Shown here: piece by piece, positions 9,611-18,855 of the stretch
Layout: the number at the start of each line of letters is the position of its first letter
Numbering within the stretch: the stretch's first letter is position 1
Source of the DNA: a bacterium
Lineage (GTDB): Bacteria; UBA8248
Direction: 5' to 3'
Length of the DNA: 64,000 nucleotides
NCBI GenBank assembly: GCA_965199855.1
Contig: OZ241326.1
Location: 1,024,001 to 1,088,000 of the forward strand
Notes under the pieces: generated by a model
Seen by the model: the letters and a program-made list of their open reading frames with translations, nothing else
What the model was told of the DNA's origin: nothing
Database searches by the model: none
Translations under genes and position numbers: made by a program

Positions 9611-10804
9611 TTGGAAAAACCGCTCGAGGGCGTCCGCATCCTCGACCTTTCCGCCCTGCTCGCCGGCCCCTACGGCAGCATGGTGCTGGCCGATCTGGGC
9701 GCGGACGTCATCAAGATAGAAGCGCCGGGGCGGGGCGACCTCGTCCGCACCATGCCCCCGCACTACGTGGGGGAGACGAGCGCCTACTTCATCGCCCTGA
9801 ACAGGAACAAGCGGGGCGTGTCCCTGAACCTGAAGGACGAAGAGGGCTATCGCGTCTTCCGCGAGCTGGTGAGGCGCTCGGACGTCGTCTACGACAACTA
9901 CCGCCCCGGCGTTCTCGAGCGGCTGGGGGCGGACTACGAGACGCTCAGGCGGGCGAACCCCCGCATCATCAGCGCTTCCGTCACCGGCTACGGACTCACC
10001 GGCCCGCAGAAGGACAAGCCCGCCCTCGACCTCATCATCCAGGGGCGCGGCGGCATCATGAGCTTCACCGGCGAGCCGGGCAGGCCGCCCGTGCGCCTGG
10101 GCGCGCCCATGGGGGACATCGGCGGCGGCCTGTTCGCCGCCCACGGGATTCTCGCGGCGCTCTACAGGCGCGAGCGGACGGGCGTCGGCCAGAAGGTGGA
10201 CGTCTCGCTCCTGGACTGCCAGCTGTATCTCTCCAGCTACCGCGCGCAGTATTATCTGACGGCGGGCGAGGTGGCGAAGCCCATGGGCACGGGCCACGCC
10301 TCCGCCGTTCCCATCGGCGCGTATCGATGCGGCGACGGCAGATGGCTCGTGCTCGACGCGATTCTGGATCATTTCTTCCAGGGCCTCTGCGACGCTCTGG
10401 ATCATCCCGAATGGAAGGACGACCCCCGGATGAAGGATCGCCCGGCGCGCCTCGAGAACCGCGAATACGTGGACGCGAAGCTCGCCGAGGCGTTCGGGAC
10501 GGACTCCGCGGCGCGCTGGATAGAGAAAATCGAGGCGCGCGGCGTTCCCTGCGGGCCGATTCAGGGCATCGACGAGGCGCTGAACGACCCCCAGACGCGG
10601 GCGCGCGAGATGGTGGTGGAGATGGCGCACCCCGAGCTCGGCGCGATGGAGACCTTCAACACGCCGGTCAAGATGGAGGGCACCTGGGGGGCGGCTCCCT
10701 CGCCGCCTCCCCTCATGGGCGAGCACACCGCGGAGGTGCTCCGGGAGACGCTTGACCTGAATGATGAGGACATCGCGCGGCTCAAAGAGCGCGGGGCGAT
10801 TTGA
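9611..10804 (+). CDS. Family III (CaiB/BaiF) CoA-transferase
   Basis: PLEGVRILDLS, LADLGADVIKIE, NRNKR, NYRPG, catalytic Asp in PMGDIGGG; TTG start after GGAG. Confidence 0.92.
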   Translation: MEKPLEGVRILDLSALLAGPYGSMVLADLGADVIKIEAPGRGDLVRTMPPHYVGETSAYFIALNRNKRGVSLNLKDEEGYRVFRELVRRSDVVYDNYRPGVLERLGADYETLRRANPRIISASVTGYGLTGPQKDKPALDLIIQGRGGIMSFTGEPGRPPVRLGAPMGDIGGGLFAAHGILAALYRRERTGVGQKVDVSLLDCQLYLSSYRAQYYLTAGEVAKPMGTGHASAVPIGAYRCGDGRWLVLDAILDHFFQGLCDALDHPEWKDDPRMKDRPARLENREYVDAKLAEAFGTDSAARWIEKIEARGVPCGPIQGIDEALNDPQTRAREMVVEMAHPELGAMETFNTPVKMEGTWGAAPSPPPLMGEHTAEVLRETLDLNDEDIARLKERGAI

Positions 10805-11601
10805 GGGGCGTCGTGTTCCGGGACAGGAAGGCTTTCGTGTTCGACCTGGAAGGGGTGTTCTTCGCCGGAGGCGAGGTGATGCCCGGCGGCCGGGAGCTGA
10901 TGCGCGCCCTCAAGGAAAGAGACCTTCCACGACGCTTCATCACGAACATCAGCCGCAGCACGGCGGCCGAGGTTCGCGCCCACATGGCGGGGCTCGGCGT
11001 TGACCCTGGCGAGAACCTCATCGTGAGCGCGCTCGACCGCGTCGGGGCTTTTTTGAGAAAGACCTGCGGGTCGGGCCGCGCCTACGTGCTGGGGACGGAC
11101 GCGCTCAAGAGCGCCGCCGCCTCGGGCGGCTTCGAGGCGGTGGGCGAGGACGAGGCGGAGAGCGCCGACGTCGTCCTGGTCGGCCTGGACGAGCGCCTCA
11201 CCTACCGCACGCTGAGCGCAGCCGCCCGGGCGGTGAGCCGAGGGGCGCGCTTCGTCGCCATGAACCCCGACGTGCGCCTGCCGCGCGAGGACGGCTCGTT
11301 CTCCCTCGGCGGCGGCGCCATCGTGGCGGCCGTGCGTGCGGCGGCGGGCAGGGAGCCTGTGTTCTTCGGGAAGCCCGAGCCCTTTCTGTTCGAGGAGGCG
11401 CTGGCGGAGCTGGGCGTGGAGGGGCGCGAGGCCGTCATGGTGGGCGACAACCTGAGAACCGACATCGCGGGCGGCAGAGACATGGGAATGGCCACCGTCT
11501 GGGTGAACCGCTGGGGAGCGATAGCGGGAGATCCGGACGCGCCGGCGGATCTCGAGGTGAAGCGGGTCGATGAACTGATTCCGCATCTGCCGGGCGGATG
11601 A
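10801..11601 (+). CDS. HAD-IIA (NagD-like) hydrolase
   Basis: FDLEGV motif I variant, ITN, GKPEP, VGDNLRTDI. Confidence 0.85.
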   Translation: MRGVVFRDRKAFVFDLEGVFFAGGEVMPGGRELMRALKERDLPRRFITNISRSTAAEVRAHMAGLGVDPGENLIVSALDRVGAFLRKTCGSGRAYVLGTDALKSAAASGGFEAVGEDEAESADVVLVGLDERLTYRTLSAAARAVSRGARFVAMNPDVRLPREDGSFSLGGGAIVAAVRAAAGREPVFFGKPEPFLFEEALAELGVEGREAVMVGDNLRTDIAGGRDMGMATVWVNRWGAIAGDPDAPADLEVKRVDELIPHLPGG

Positions 11602-11623
11602 CGGCGCGGGAGAGAGAAGAGGC

Positions 11624-11883
11624 GTGGAGCGGATTCCGCATGAAGTGAGGGACAGGCTGGCCTCCATCACGCTGGCCAGGCCGGAAAAGAAAACGCGATC
11701 AACCGAGGGATGACCGCGCGCGCTTCCGCGCTTTTCGCCGAAGTCGAGCGCGACCCCGAGGCTTGGGGCTGTCTCATCACGGGCGCAGGGGACGTGATTG
11801 TGAAGCGTCTCCTCAATGCCGGGGACGCCGCCAAGGGCGTCCGGGCGTTCAAGGAGAGGAGTCCGCCCCGCTTCCAGGGCAGG
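11624..11883 (+). pseudogene. Enoyl-CoA hydratase (crotonase) remnant with frameshift and large internal deletion
   Basis: N-terminus VERIPHEVRDRLASITLARPEK/NAINRGM..DPEAWGCLITGAGD joined directly to the C-terminus GDAAKGVRAFKERSPPRFQGR; one A missing near 11690. Confidence 0.75.
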
Positions 11884-11937
11884 CCAGGATGCTTCCGTCC
11901 TCCCCCGCTCCATCCATTTCCGGCAAAGGAGACCCCG

Positions 11938-13098
11938 GTGAATTTCGACCTCACGGATTCCCAGAAGCGGATTCAGCAGAAGGCTCGCGAGGTCGCCGCG
12001 CGAGAGATAGCGCCCAAGGCGGCGCTTTGGGATCGCACCGAAGAATACCCTTGGGAGAACGTCCGAATCCTCGCGGAGGCGGGCTTCATGGGCATGAACG
12101 TTCCCGGGGAATATGGCGGGCCGGAGCGTCCGCTCATCGAGGCCGTCCTGGTGGTCGAGGAGATGGCGAAGGTCTGCGGCATCACGGGGCGCATCGTTGT
12201 GGACGCCAATATGGGGGTGGTGGGGGCCATCGTCCGCTACGGAACCGAGGCGCAGAAGAGGAAGTATCTGCCCATGGTGATCGAAGGGGACAAGCCCGCC
12301 ATCGCCATCACCGAACCCGAGGCGGGGAGCGCCGCCACCGACATGACGACGCGCGCCGCGCTCGACGGCGGCGAATACGTCCTGAACGGAAGGAAGAAGT
12401 GGATCACCGGCGCGGGCGTCTCCCGCGTCAACCTCGTGTTCGCCCGCGTCGTCCATGGAGGAGAGGAGCAGGGAATCGGCGCTCTCATCGTAGAGCTGGG
12501 CGCCGAGGGCTTCCGCGTCGGGGAGCGCGCCTGGATGATGGGCTTGAGGGGAATCCCCGAAGGGGAGGAAATTTTCGAGAACTGCCGCGTGCCCGCGGAA
12601 AACCTGGTGACGGTGGGCTTCGGGCGCCTCATGGCCGCCTACAACGCCCAGCGGGTGGGCGCGGGGACGGTGGCTTTAGGCATCGCCGAGGGCGCCTTCG
12701 CGCAGGCGGTGGCGTACGCCGGCGAGCGCGAGCAGTTCGGCCGCCCGATTGCGGAGTTTCAGGGGCTTCAGTGGATGCTGGCGGACGCGCGCATCCAGCT
12801 CGACGCCGCGCGGCTCCTGCTCCATCGCGCGGCGGTTCGGCAGGACCCGAAAACGGGGTTTCCCGACGTGAGCCTGGCCGCCATCGCCAAGACGTTCTCG
12901 GCGGAGGCCGCGATCCGGGTGACGAACGACGCCCTCCAGATTTTCGGCGCGGCGGGCTACGCGCGCGATCTGCCGCTCGAGCGCATGGCGCGCGACGCGC
13001 GGATGTTCACCATCGGCGGCGGCACCACCCAGGCGCAACGCAACGTCATCGCCTCGGGCATCTTCGGCAGAAAATTCTCGCAGCGCCGCGGCGGGTAG
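11938..13098 (+). CDS. acdA: 3-sulfinopropionyl-CoA desulfinase-like member of the acyl-CoA dehydrogenase family
   Basis: YPWENV, GRIVVDANMG, GDKPAI, MGLRGIPE, YNAQRVGAG, RDARMFTIGGGT match my recollection of Advenella/Variovorax Acd; no catalytic Glu; GTG start after AAAGGAG. Confidence 0.8.
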   Translation: MNFDLTDSQKRIQQKAREVAAREIAPKAALWDRTEEYPWENVRILAEAGFMGMNVPGEYGGPERPLIEAVLVVEEMAKVCGITGRIVVDANMGVVGAIVRYGTEAQKRKYLPMVIEGDKPAIAITEPEAGSAATDMTTRAALDGGEYVLNGRKKWITGAGVSRVNLVFARVVHGGEEQGIGALIVELGAEGFRVGERAWMMGLRGIPEGEEIFENCRVPAENLVTVGFGRLMAAYNAQRVGAGTVALGIAEGAFAQAVAYAGEREQFGRPIAEFQGLQWMLADARIQLDAARLLLHRAAVRQDPKTGFPDVSLAAIAKTFSAEAAIRVTNDALQIFGAAGYARDLPLERMARDARMFTIGGGTTQAQRNVIASGIFGRKFSQRRGG

Positions 13099-13149
13099 GC
13101 GTCCCTTCGGAGCGCCTTCTTTCTGGGGCGGAGCGGCGGGCGGCGGCCT

Positions 13150-14370
13150 CTAGCCGTATTGGAGGATCATGCCCGTCAGACCGCATTCGATGCAGCCGGC
13201 CACCTCGATGCAGCGCGAGTTCGCGGGCGGCATCACCACGCCGGTGATGCCCTCGCGGTAGAACCGCTCAAAGGGATAGCGCCGCGCGATGGAGCGTCCC
13301 CCCACGAGCCGCATCGCGCGCTGCACCGCCTTGGCGCAAATTTCGCAGGAGACGTATTTCGACTGCATGACGGTCTTCACCGTGTTCTGGTTCGCCATGC
13401 CGTCGCCCTGCTCCTTCACGTGGCACGCCTCGTAGAGAAGCATCCGCGCGGCGCGAAGCTCGGCGCTCAGCTCGCCTATCGCGCTCTGGTAGAGCTCGTT
13501 GTGGCTCAGGGGCTCCGGGTTGGGCGCGTATTTCGTCGTCCTCACGTAGTCCACCAGGTGCCCGTAGGCGCCCTCCGCGATGCCCAGATAGGCGGCGGAA
13601 AACCCGAGGTGAAACATGGTGATGTCGATCTTCCCCAGTGCGCCGATGAAGTTCTCTCCGCCCAGGATGTCCTCGTCCGGCACGAAGGCGTCCTCGAAGA
13701 GGATGTCGTCGCTCGCCGTTCCGCGCATCGACATGGTGTCCCACACCACCTCCACCGACGCCCCGGGCGCGTCCTTGCGTATGACGGCGGTCATGATGGC
13801 TTCGCCGGCGGTTTTCTTTCCCGCCAGGAAGCCGGTGGTGAAGTAGTAGTCGGCGTGCTCGCCCACCGAGGCGGAAATCTTCCTTCCGTTCAGGCGATAG
13901 CCGCCCTCGACGGGGGTGAAGATGCTCTTGAGCGTCACCAGGTGGCGGAAGCTCATGCCCCGCTCCGCCGTGACGGAGGAGAAGAGCTTGCCGTTTTCGG
14001 TGACGTCGGGAAGCACCCGCTTTTTCTGCTCTTCGTTCGCCAGGGCGAAGAAGAGGCTCACGCAGGTCTGGTGCATGTTCCAGGTGAGGGCGGTGGAGGC
14101 GCACGCCTTGCCCAGTTCGTGGAGCGCCATGTTGTAGGTGAGGGAGTTCGCGCCCGCCCCGCCCCATTCCTCGGGGATGCACACGGCGTTCAGGCCCGCC
14201 TCGTTGAGCAACTGGAAGTTTTCGACGGGGAAGCGCCCCTCTCGGTCGATCTCGGCCGCCAGCTCGGCGATCCGCGGCGTCAGGGACTTCACCTTGTCCA
14301 GGATTTCCCTGTCGTATTTCAGCTCCATCAGCGTTTCGTAGGATTCACTCGCCGCGGCATCGGAACCCAT
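13150..14370 (-). CDS. Acyl-CoA dehydrogenase-fold flavoprotein lacking the canonical Glu
   Basis: LNGRK, WDTMSMRGTASDD, ERFYRE..VVMPP. Confidence 0.8.
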   Translation of the reverse strand: MGSDAAASESYETLMELKYDREILDKVKSLTPRIAELAAEIDREGRFPVENFQLLNEAGLNAVCIPEEWGGAGANSLTYNMALHELGKACASTALTWNMHQTCVSLFFALANEEQKKRVLPDVTENGKLFSSVTAERGMSFRHLVTLKSIFTPVEGGYRLNGRKISASVGEHADYYFTTGFLAGKKTAGEAIMTAVIRKDAPGASVEVVWDTMSMRGTASDDILFEDAFVPDEDILGGENFIGALGKIDITMFHLGFSAAYLGIAEGAYGHLVDYVRTTKYAPNPEPLSHNELYQSAIGELSAELRAARMLLYEACHVKEQGDGMANQNTVKTVMQSKYVSCEICAKAVQRAMRLVGGRSIARRYPFERFYREGITGVVMPPANSRCIEVAGCIECGLTGMILQYG

Positions 14371-14475
14371 CGCATCCCCTCCCCGCGTCAAAGAGAAAAT
14401 CAGTTCGTTTCGGCCGCGCGGCGTCCTTTCCCGCCGGGAGAGGAAGGATCGATTCTCCCGAAAGCGCCTTTTCGT

Positions 14476-14504
14476 TTGACAGCGCACTGTCACAGAATTA
14501 TAAG
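14476..14504 (+). promoter_or_regulatory. Sigma70 promoter with overlapping palindromic operator
   Basis: TTGACA-17 bp-TATAAG; perfect TGACAG-CGCA-CTGTCA inverted repeat at 14477-14492. Confidence 0.65.
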
Positions 14505-14573
14505 GGAAAATTAAGCAAAAAGATAAGATCGGTTTTTTGTTGAGCGCCGCGGCGAGGGAAGCGATTGCCTGTT

Positions 14574-15584
14574 ATGAGCAAAATCGACAGTCTTTTGAAC
14601 ACCATTCAATGCGGTGATTCAACGCTGATATTGAAAACCATCCCCGACGACAGTATAGACCTCGTTGTTACCTCGCCTCCGTATTACATGCAGAGAGATT
14701 ACAACGATATGGGGCTCGGGACGGGGCATGAGAGCGCAGTCGATAAATACATCGATTCACTGCTCGAAACATTCGAGGAAGTGATACGGGTCCTGAAATC
14801 GACCGGAAACATCATTTACAACATCGGCGACAAGTATATCGGCAGTTCGCTTTTGCTTGTCCCGTATAGATTCGCCATAAGCGCGACAAGGCGGTATCCG
14901 ATTCGTCTCATCAACGATATAACGTGGGTGAAGCGAAACCCGACGCCCCGCCAGTTTGCCCGCCGATTGGTCAGCGGCACCGAGCCGTTCTTTCATTTTG
15001 CCAAAGGGTCGGACTACTATTACGATTTGGAAAATTTCCTTAAGTGTGAAGATAAGGACAAACGCCCCGCTCCGACCGGTCGGATGGGGGAGCGGTACAG
15101 ATCGTTGATAGCGCAGTCGAACCTGTCTGACGCCCAGAAGCGAAGGGCGAACGAGTCTTTGGACAACGCCATTCGGGAGGTGACGCGCGGGGAAATTCAG
15201 AGTTTTCGCATGAAGATCAAGGGAATACACGCGGAGGCTTTTGGCGGCCAGGAAGGCGGCAGGAAACTGCAAATGGACAACAACGGCTTCACTATAATCA
15301 GAATACATGGAAAAAAGATGAAAAAAGACGTCATCGATTCGCCGGTGGAGTCGATTCCCGGAATGAGGCATACGGCGATATTCCCTCTTTCAATTATACG
15401 AGAGCTCGTCAAATTGCTTTCCCCGATGGAGGGGGTCGTCTTGGACCCCTATATTGGAAGCGGAACTACCGCCATTGCCGCGCTGGAGGAAGGCCGTGAT
15501 TACATAGGAATCGACATAGATTCTCACTATTGCGGTCTCGTCCTCGACAGAATAGAGAAATGCAAAAAGAAAAGCGCTTGTTAG
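14574..15584 (+). CDS. Beta-class amino-DNA methyltransferase (probably N4-cytosine)
   Basis: Motif IV VTSPPY precedes motif I DPYIGSGTT; HTAIFP; lower GC. Confidence 0.9.
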   Translation: MSKIDSLLNTIQCGDSTLILKTIPDDSIDLVVTSPPYYMQRDYNDMGLGTGHESAVDKYIDSLLETFEEVIRVLKSTGNIIYNIGDKYIGSSLLLVPYRFAISATRRYPIRLINDITWVKRNPTPRQFARRLVSGTEPFFHFAKGSDYYYDLENFLKCEDKDKRPAPTGRMGERYRSLIAQSNLSDAQKRRANESLDNAIREVTRGEIQSFRMKIKGIHAEAFGGQEGGRKLQMDNNGFTIIRIHGKKMKKDVIDSPVESIPGMRHTAIFPLSIIRELVKLLSPMEGVVLDPYIGSGTTAIAALEEGRDYIGIDIDSHYCGLVLDRIEKCKKKSAC

Positions 15585-16687
15585 AGCATTTGTTTCGGGA
15601 GTCCGCGACCGATCCCCCGGAAAGCGGTTTGCGGCCTGGGATGCTTGAACAGCGGCCGCTGCTCGACCTGATAGTGGACAGTGCCTGCCGCGGGAGAAAC
15701 AAGGCCGCTCTGGCCGTGACTATTACGTTGCTCTTACGAAAGGCGACTCACCCCAAGCAGGATATTCGTCTTCATCAGGCTGGAATGGAGAATGGGTTTT
15801 CTGGCAGAGGTCTGGATGAAAGGGTTGTAACTCCGTTTTTGAGAGAGCAGAGCTTTCCATTCATGGGATCGGGTTCCGGATGGCTGACAAGATCGTTTGA
15901 GCAGGCGCATCCTTACAATCTCGATTATCCCGGCAAAATAACTCCCGTGGCGTTAAGAGATGCTTTCCTGAACGTCATCAACGAAGTGGAAAAGGAAAAG
16001 CATTTTGATTTTGCATCGGATCATTTGCGGTACGTCTTCTGTCGATTGAGGAAATGGCGCGAACAAAACTCTGCTCTCAAGTTGGCGAAGCCTACGAACA
16101 GGCGCATTGAAGAGATCATAGCCCTCGTCAAAAAGCATTGGGACAGTGAGTTGCCCGGAGTCGCCAAGCTCCCCGTTCTGGCCGTTTATGCGGTGTATGA
16201 ATGCCTGATTTCAGAAGTTTCGAGATACAGAGATTGTCGGTTGCGCGATTTGCTCCCTCATACCGCCGCCGATGCCAGGACAGAACGACTGGGTGATGTC
16301 GATATCGAAAGCCGCGTTGATGGAGGCGCAATCGAGGCCATCGAGATCAAGCATGGATTGACCATCAATGCTTCCTTGATAAGAACCCTGCGGGACAAAA
16401 TCGCGAAAGCGGGAGTAAAGCGTTTTTATATTCTAAGCACCAGGGAGGACATAGACTCGAATGATCTGACGGAAATGACGAATATGCTGATTGACATCAG
16501 AAGGAATTACGGGTGCCAAGTTATACTGAATGGAGTATCGAACAGCATAAAATACTATCTTCGCCTGCTGTCCGATACCGACAGGTTTTTAATCAACTAC
16601 GTCTCCATGGTTGAGGCAGACGCGGATATCCCTTTCACCTTGAAAAGCCGGTGGAATGAAATCATCGACTCGCATCAAGAGAGTTAG
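15560..16687 (+). CDS. Putative type II restriction endonuclease
   Basis: Overlaps the MTase stop; GDVDI..EAIEIK PD-(D/E)xK-like motif; lower GC. Confidence 0.7.
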   Translation: MQKEKRLLEHLFRESATDPPESGLRPGMLEQRPLLDLIVDSACRGRNKAALAVTITLLLRKATHPKQDIRLHQAGMENGFSGRGLDERVVTPFLREQSFPFMGSGSGWLTRSFEQAHPYNLDYPGKITPVALRDAFLNVINEVEKEKHFDFASDHLRYVFCRLRKWREQNSALKLAKPTNRRIEEIIALVKKHWDSELPGVAKLPVLAVYAVYECLISEVSRYRDCRLRDLLPHTAADARTERLGDVDIESRVDGGAIEAIEIKHGLTINASLIRTLRDKIAKAGVKRFYILSTREDIDSNDLTEMTNMLIDIRRNYGCQVILNGVSNSIKYYLRLLSDTDRFLINYVSMVEADADIPFTLKSRWNEIIDSHQES

Positions 16688-16782
16688 AAGCGCCTCGTTC
16701 GTATATTTCGGGGTTTCGCGCGCTTTCCGCATACGCTGACCCATCCAAAGCTTTCGCGCCGCAGATTTATGGGAGATTTGCG

Positions 16783-17784
16783 ATGCCGCCCCGCGTGCTG
16801 CTTTCCACCGTGCCGTTCGGGGAGATTGATCCGAAACCCCTCACGATGCTCGAAGGCGCGGGCGTGGAGTGCGCGCGCAACCCTCTGGGCAGGCGGCCGG
16901 GCGAGGCGGAGCTCGCCTCCATGCTGGGGGAGGGCTTCGACGCCGTCATCGCGGGCCTCGAGCCCTTCACGCCGAAAGTCCTGGACGCGGCGCGGGGACT
17001 GCGGCTCATCTCGCGCGCCACGGTGGGCCTCGAGACGGTGGATCTCAACGCGGCGCGCGAGCGGGGCGTGCTGGTGGCGCACACCCCCGGAGCGAACGCC
17101 CAGGCAGTGGCGGAGCTCGCGCTGAACCACCTGCTCTCGCTCCTGCGGGGCGTCCACCGATCGCACGATGCGCTCAGGCGCGGCGAATGGCTCCAGGTCA
17201 TGGGCCGGACGCTGGAGGAGATCACCCTGGGCGTCATCGGCGCGGGGCGCATCGGCAGGCGGGTGATTCGCCACGCCGCCGCCTTCGGAGCGAAAATCCT
17301 GGCGAACGACCTGGCGCCCGATGAGGCGTTCGGCGAGCGCCATGGCGTCGAGTGGACAGAGAAGGAGGAAATCTACCGGCGCGCCGACGCCGTCTCCCTG
17401 CATGTTCCCGCCACGCCGGCGACGGTCGGCCTCATCGGGGAGGCGGAGCTCGCCATGATGAAGAAGGGCGCATTTCTCATCAACACCGCCCGGGGCGTCC
17501 TCGTGGACGAGGAGGCGCTGGCGCGCGCGCTGGGCTCGGGGCGGCTGGGCGGCGCCGGAATCGACGTGTTCTCCGAAGAGCCCTACCGGGGCGTCCTCTC
17601 GGACGCGCCCAACTGCGTTCTCACCGCCCACCTCGGGGCGCGGGCGCGATCCGCGCGCCTTCGGATGGAGCTGGACGCGGCGGAAAACGTCCTTCGCTTT
17701 CTGGCGGGAGAGCCGATTCCGGGGCTCGCGGCCGAGGAGGAATACGAGATGCAGCGCGCCGTCATGGCCGGGGCGAACCCGTGA
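16783..17784 (+). CDS. D-isomer 2-hydroxyacid dehydrogenase (SerA-like, no ACT domain)
   Basis: GVIGAGRIG, INTARG, DVFSEEP, LTAHLG. Confidence 0.9.
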   Translation: MPPRVLLSTVPFGEIDPKPLTMLEGAGVECARNPLGRRPGEAELASMLGEGFDAVIAGLEPFTPKVLDAARGLRLISRATVGLETVDLNAARERGVLVAHTPGANAQAVAELALNHLLSLLRGVHRSHDALRRGEWLQVMGRTLEEITLGVIGAGRIGRRVIRHAAAFGAKILANDLAPDEAFGERHGVEWTEKEEIYRRADAVSLHVPATPATVGLIGEAELAMMKKGAFLINTARGVLVDEEALARALGSGRLGGAGIDVFSEEPYRGVLSDAPNCVLTAHLGARARSARLRMELDAAENVLRFLAGEPIPGLAAEEEYEMQRAVMAGANP

Positions 17785-17823
17785 GCCTGCGGGGGGATTT
17801 TCTCATTCAGGGGAGGCTTTCCG

Positions 17824-18588
17824 ATGCCGAAGACGCCTGACTACTTCTCGGGCAGGACCATCATCATCACCGGCGCGGCGAGCGGCATCGGGGAGGAGGC
17901 CGCCCTCGTCTTCGGGCGCGAGGGAGCGAACGTCCTCTGCGCGGACATGAACGAGGAGGGCGCCGCCGGGGTCGCCGAGCGGGTCTCGGAGAAGGGAGGG
18001 CGGGGCGTTCACATGAAGGTGGACGTAACCTTGCGCGAGGAGGCCTTCGCCATGGTCGCGCGCGCCAGAGAGCGCTTCGGCCGCGTGAACTTCTCGCTCA
18101 ACTCGGCGGGCGCGGCTCTCCGGCGCTCGGATTTTCTCGGCATCGACGACGCGCTCTGGGAGAAGACGTTCGACCTCAACGTCAAGGGCGTTTTCTACTG
18201 CATGCAGGCCGTGATTCCCGAAATGCTGGCGAGCGGCAAGGGCGTCATCGTCAACATGGGAAGCATGGCCCATCGGCGCGGGGGGGCGGGCCATTCGGTG
18301 CACTACGCGGCGGCCAAGGGCGCGGTGGTGACGATGAGCATGGGCGTGGGCCGCGAATACGCCGACCGGGGCATCCGGTGCATGTCCATCTCCCCGGGGC
18401 CCATCGAGACGCCGTTTCACGATGTCTCATCGCCCGCGCTCAAGGAGTCCATGAAGAGCCAGATACCGATGGGACGCTTCGGCTCGCCGGAGGAAATCGC
18501 CGAGCTGGTTCTCTTTCTGTGCTCGGACGCCTGCGAGTTCATGACGGCGGACACCGTTCTGGTGAACGGCGGCGGGGGCTGGAAGTAG
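17824..18588 (+). CDS. Short-chain dehydrogenase/reductase
   Basis: TGAASGIG, NSAG, YAAAK, SPGPIET. Confidence 0.9.
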   Translation: MPKTPDYFSGRTIIITGAASGIGEEAALVFGREGANVLCADMNEEGAAGVAERVSEKGGRGVHMKVDVTLREEAFAMVARARERFGRVNFSLNSAGAALRRSDFLGIDDALWEKTFDLNVKGVFYCMQAVIPEMLASGKGVIVNMGSMAHRRGGAGHSVHYAAAKGAVVTMSMGVGREYADRGIRCMSISPGPIETPFHDVSSPALKESMKSQIPMGRFGSPEEIAELVLFLCSDACEFMTADTVLVNGGGGWK

Positions 18589-18612
18589 CGCGCGCCGCCG
18601 CGAGAGAGAGGG

Positions 18613-18837
18613 CTATTTTCTCGAAAAAAGATTCAGCAACAGCGTCAGCAGAACGCTGATGACGATGCAGGTCACAACCGGGAAGGAGAAGCTCCAGTTC
18701 TTCCCGCGCAGGTGAATGTCGCCCGGCAGCTTTCCCAGAAGCGGAATTTTCGGCGCGACGAGAAGCGCGACGCCCAGGCCCGCCAGAACCAGGCCGAGCA
18801 GAATCAGCGTTTTCGCAAAGCCGCCGAAAGGCTCCAT
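18613..18837 (-). CDS. DUF2905 small membrane protein
   Basis: LGKLPGDI..FPVVTCIVISVLLTLLL; usual ruvB neighbour. Confidence 0.85.
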   Translation of the reverse strand: MEPFGGFAKTLILLGLVLAGLGVALLVAPKIPLLGKLPGDIHLRGKNWSFSFPVVTCIVISVLLTLLLNLFSRK

Positions 18838-18855
18838 CCCGAAAACCCCTCCCTC

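Noticed and set aside
11710-13098. 462-aa crotonase-dehydrogenase fusion protein
   Set aside because: The extension is a deleted ech remnant; a good RBS and GTG exist at 11938
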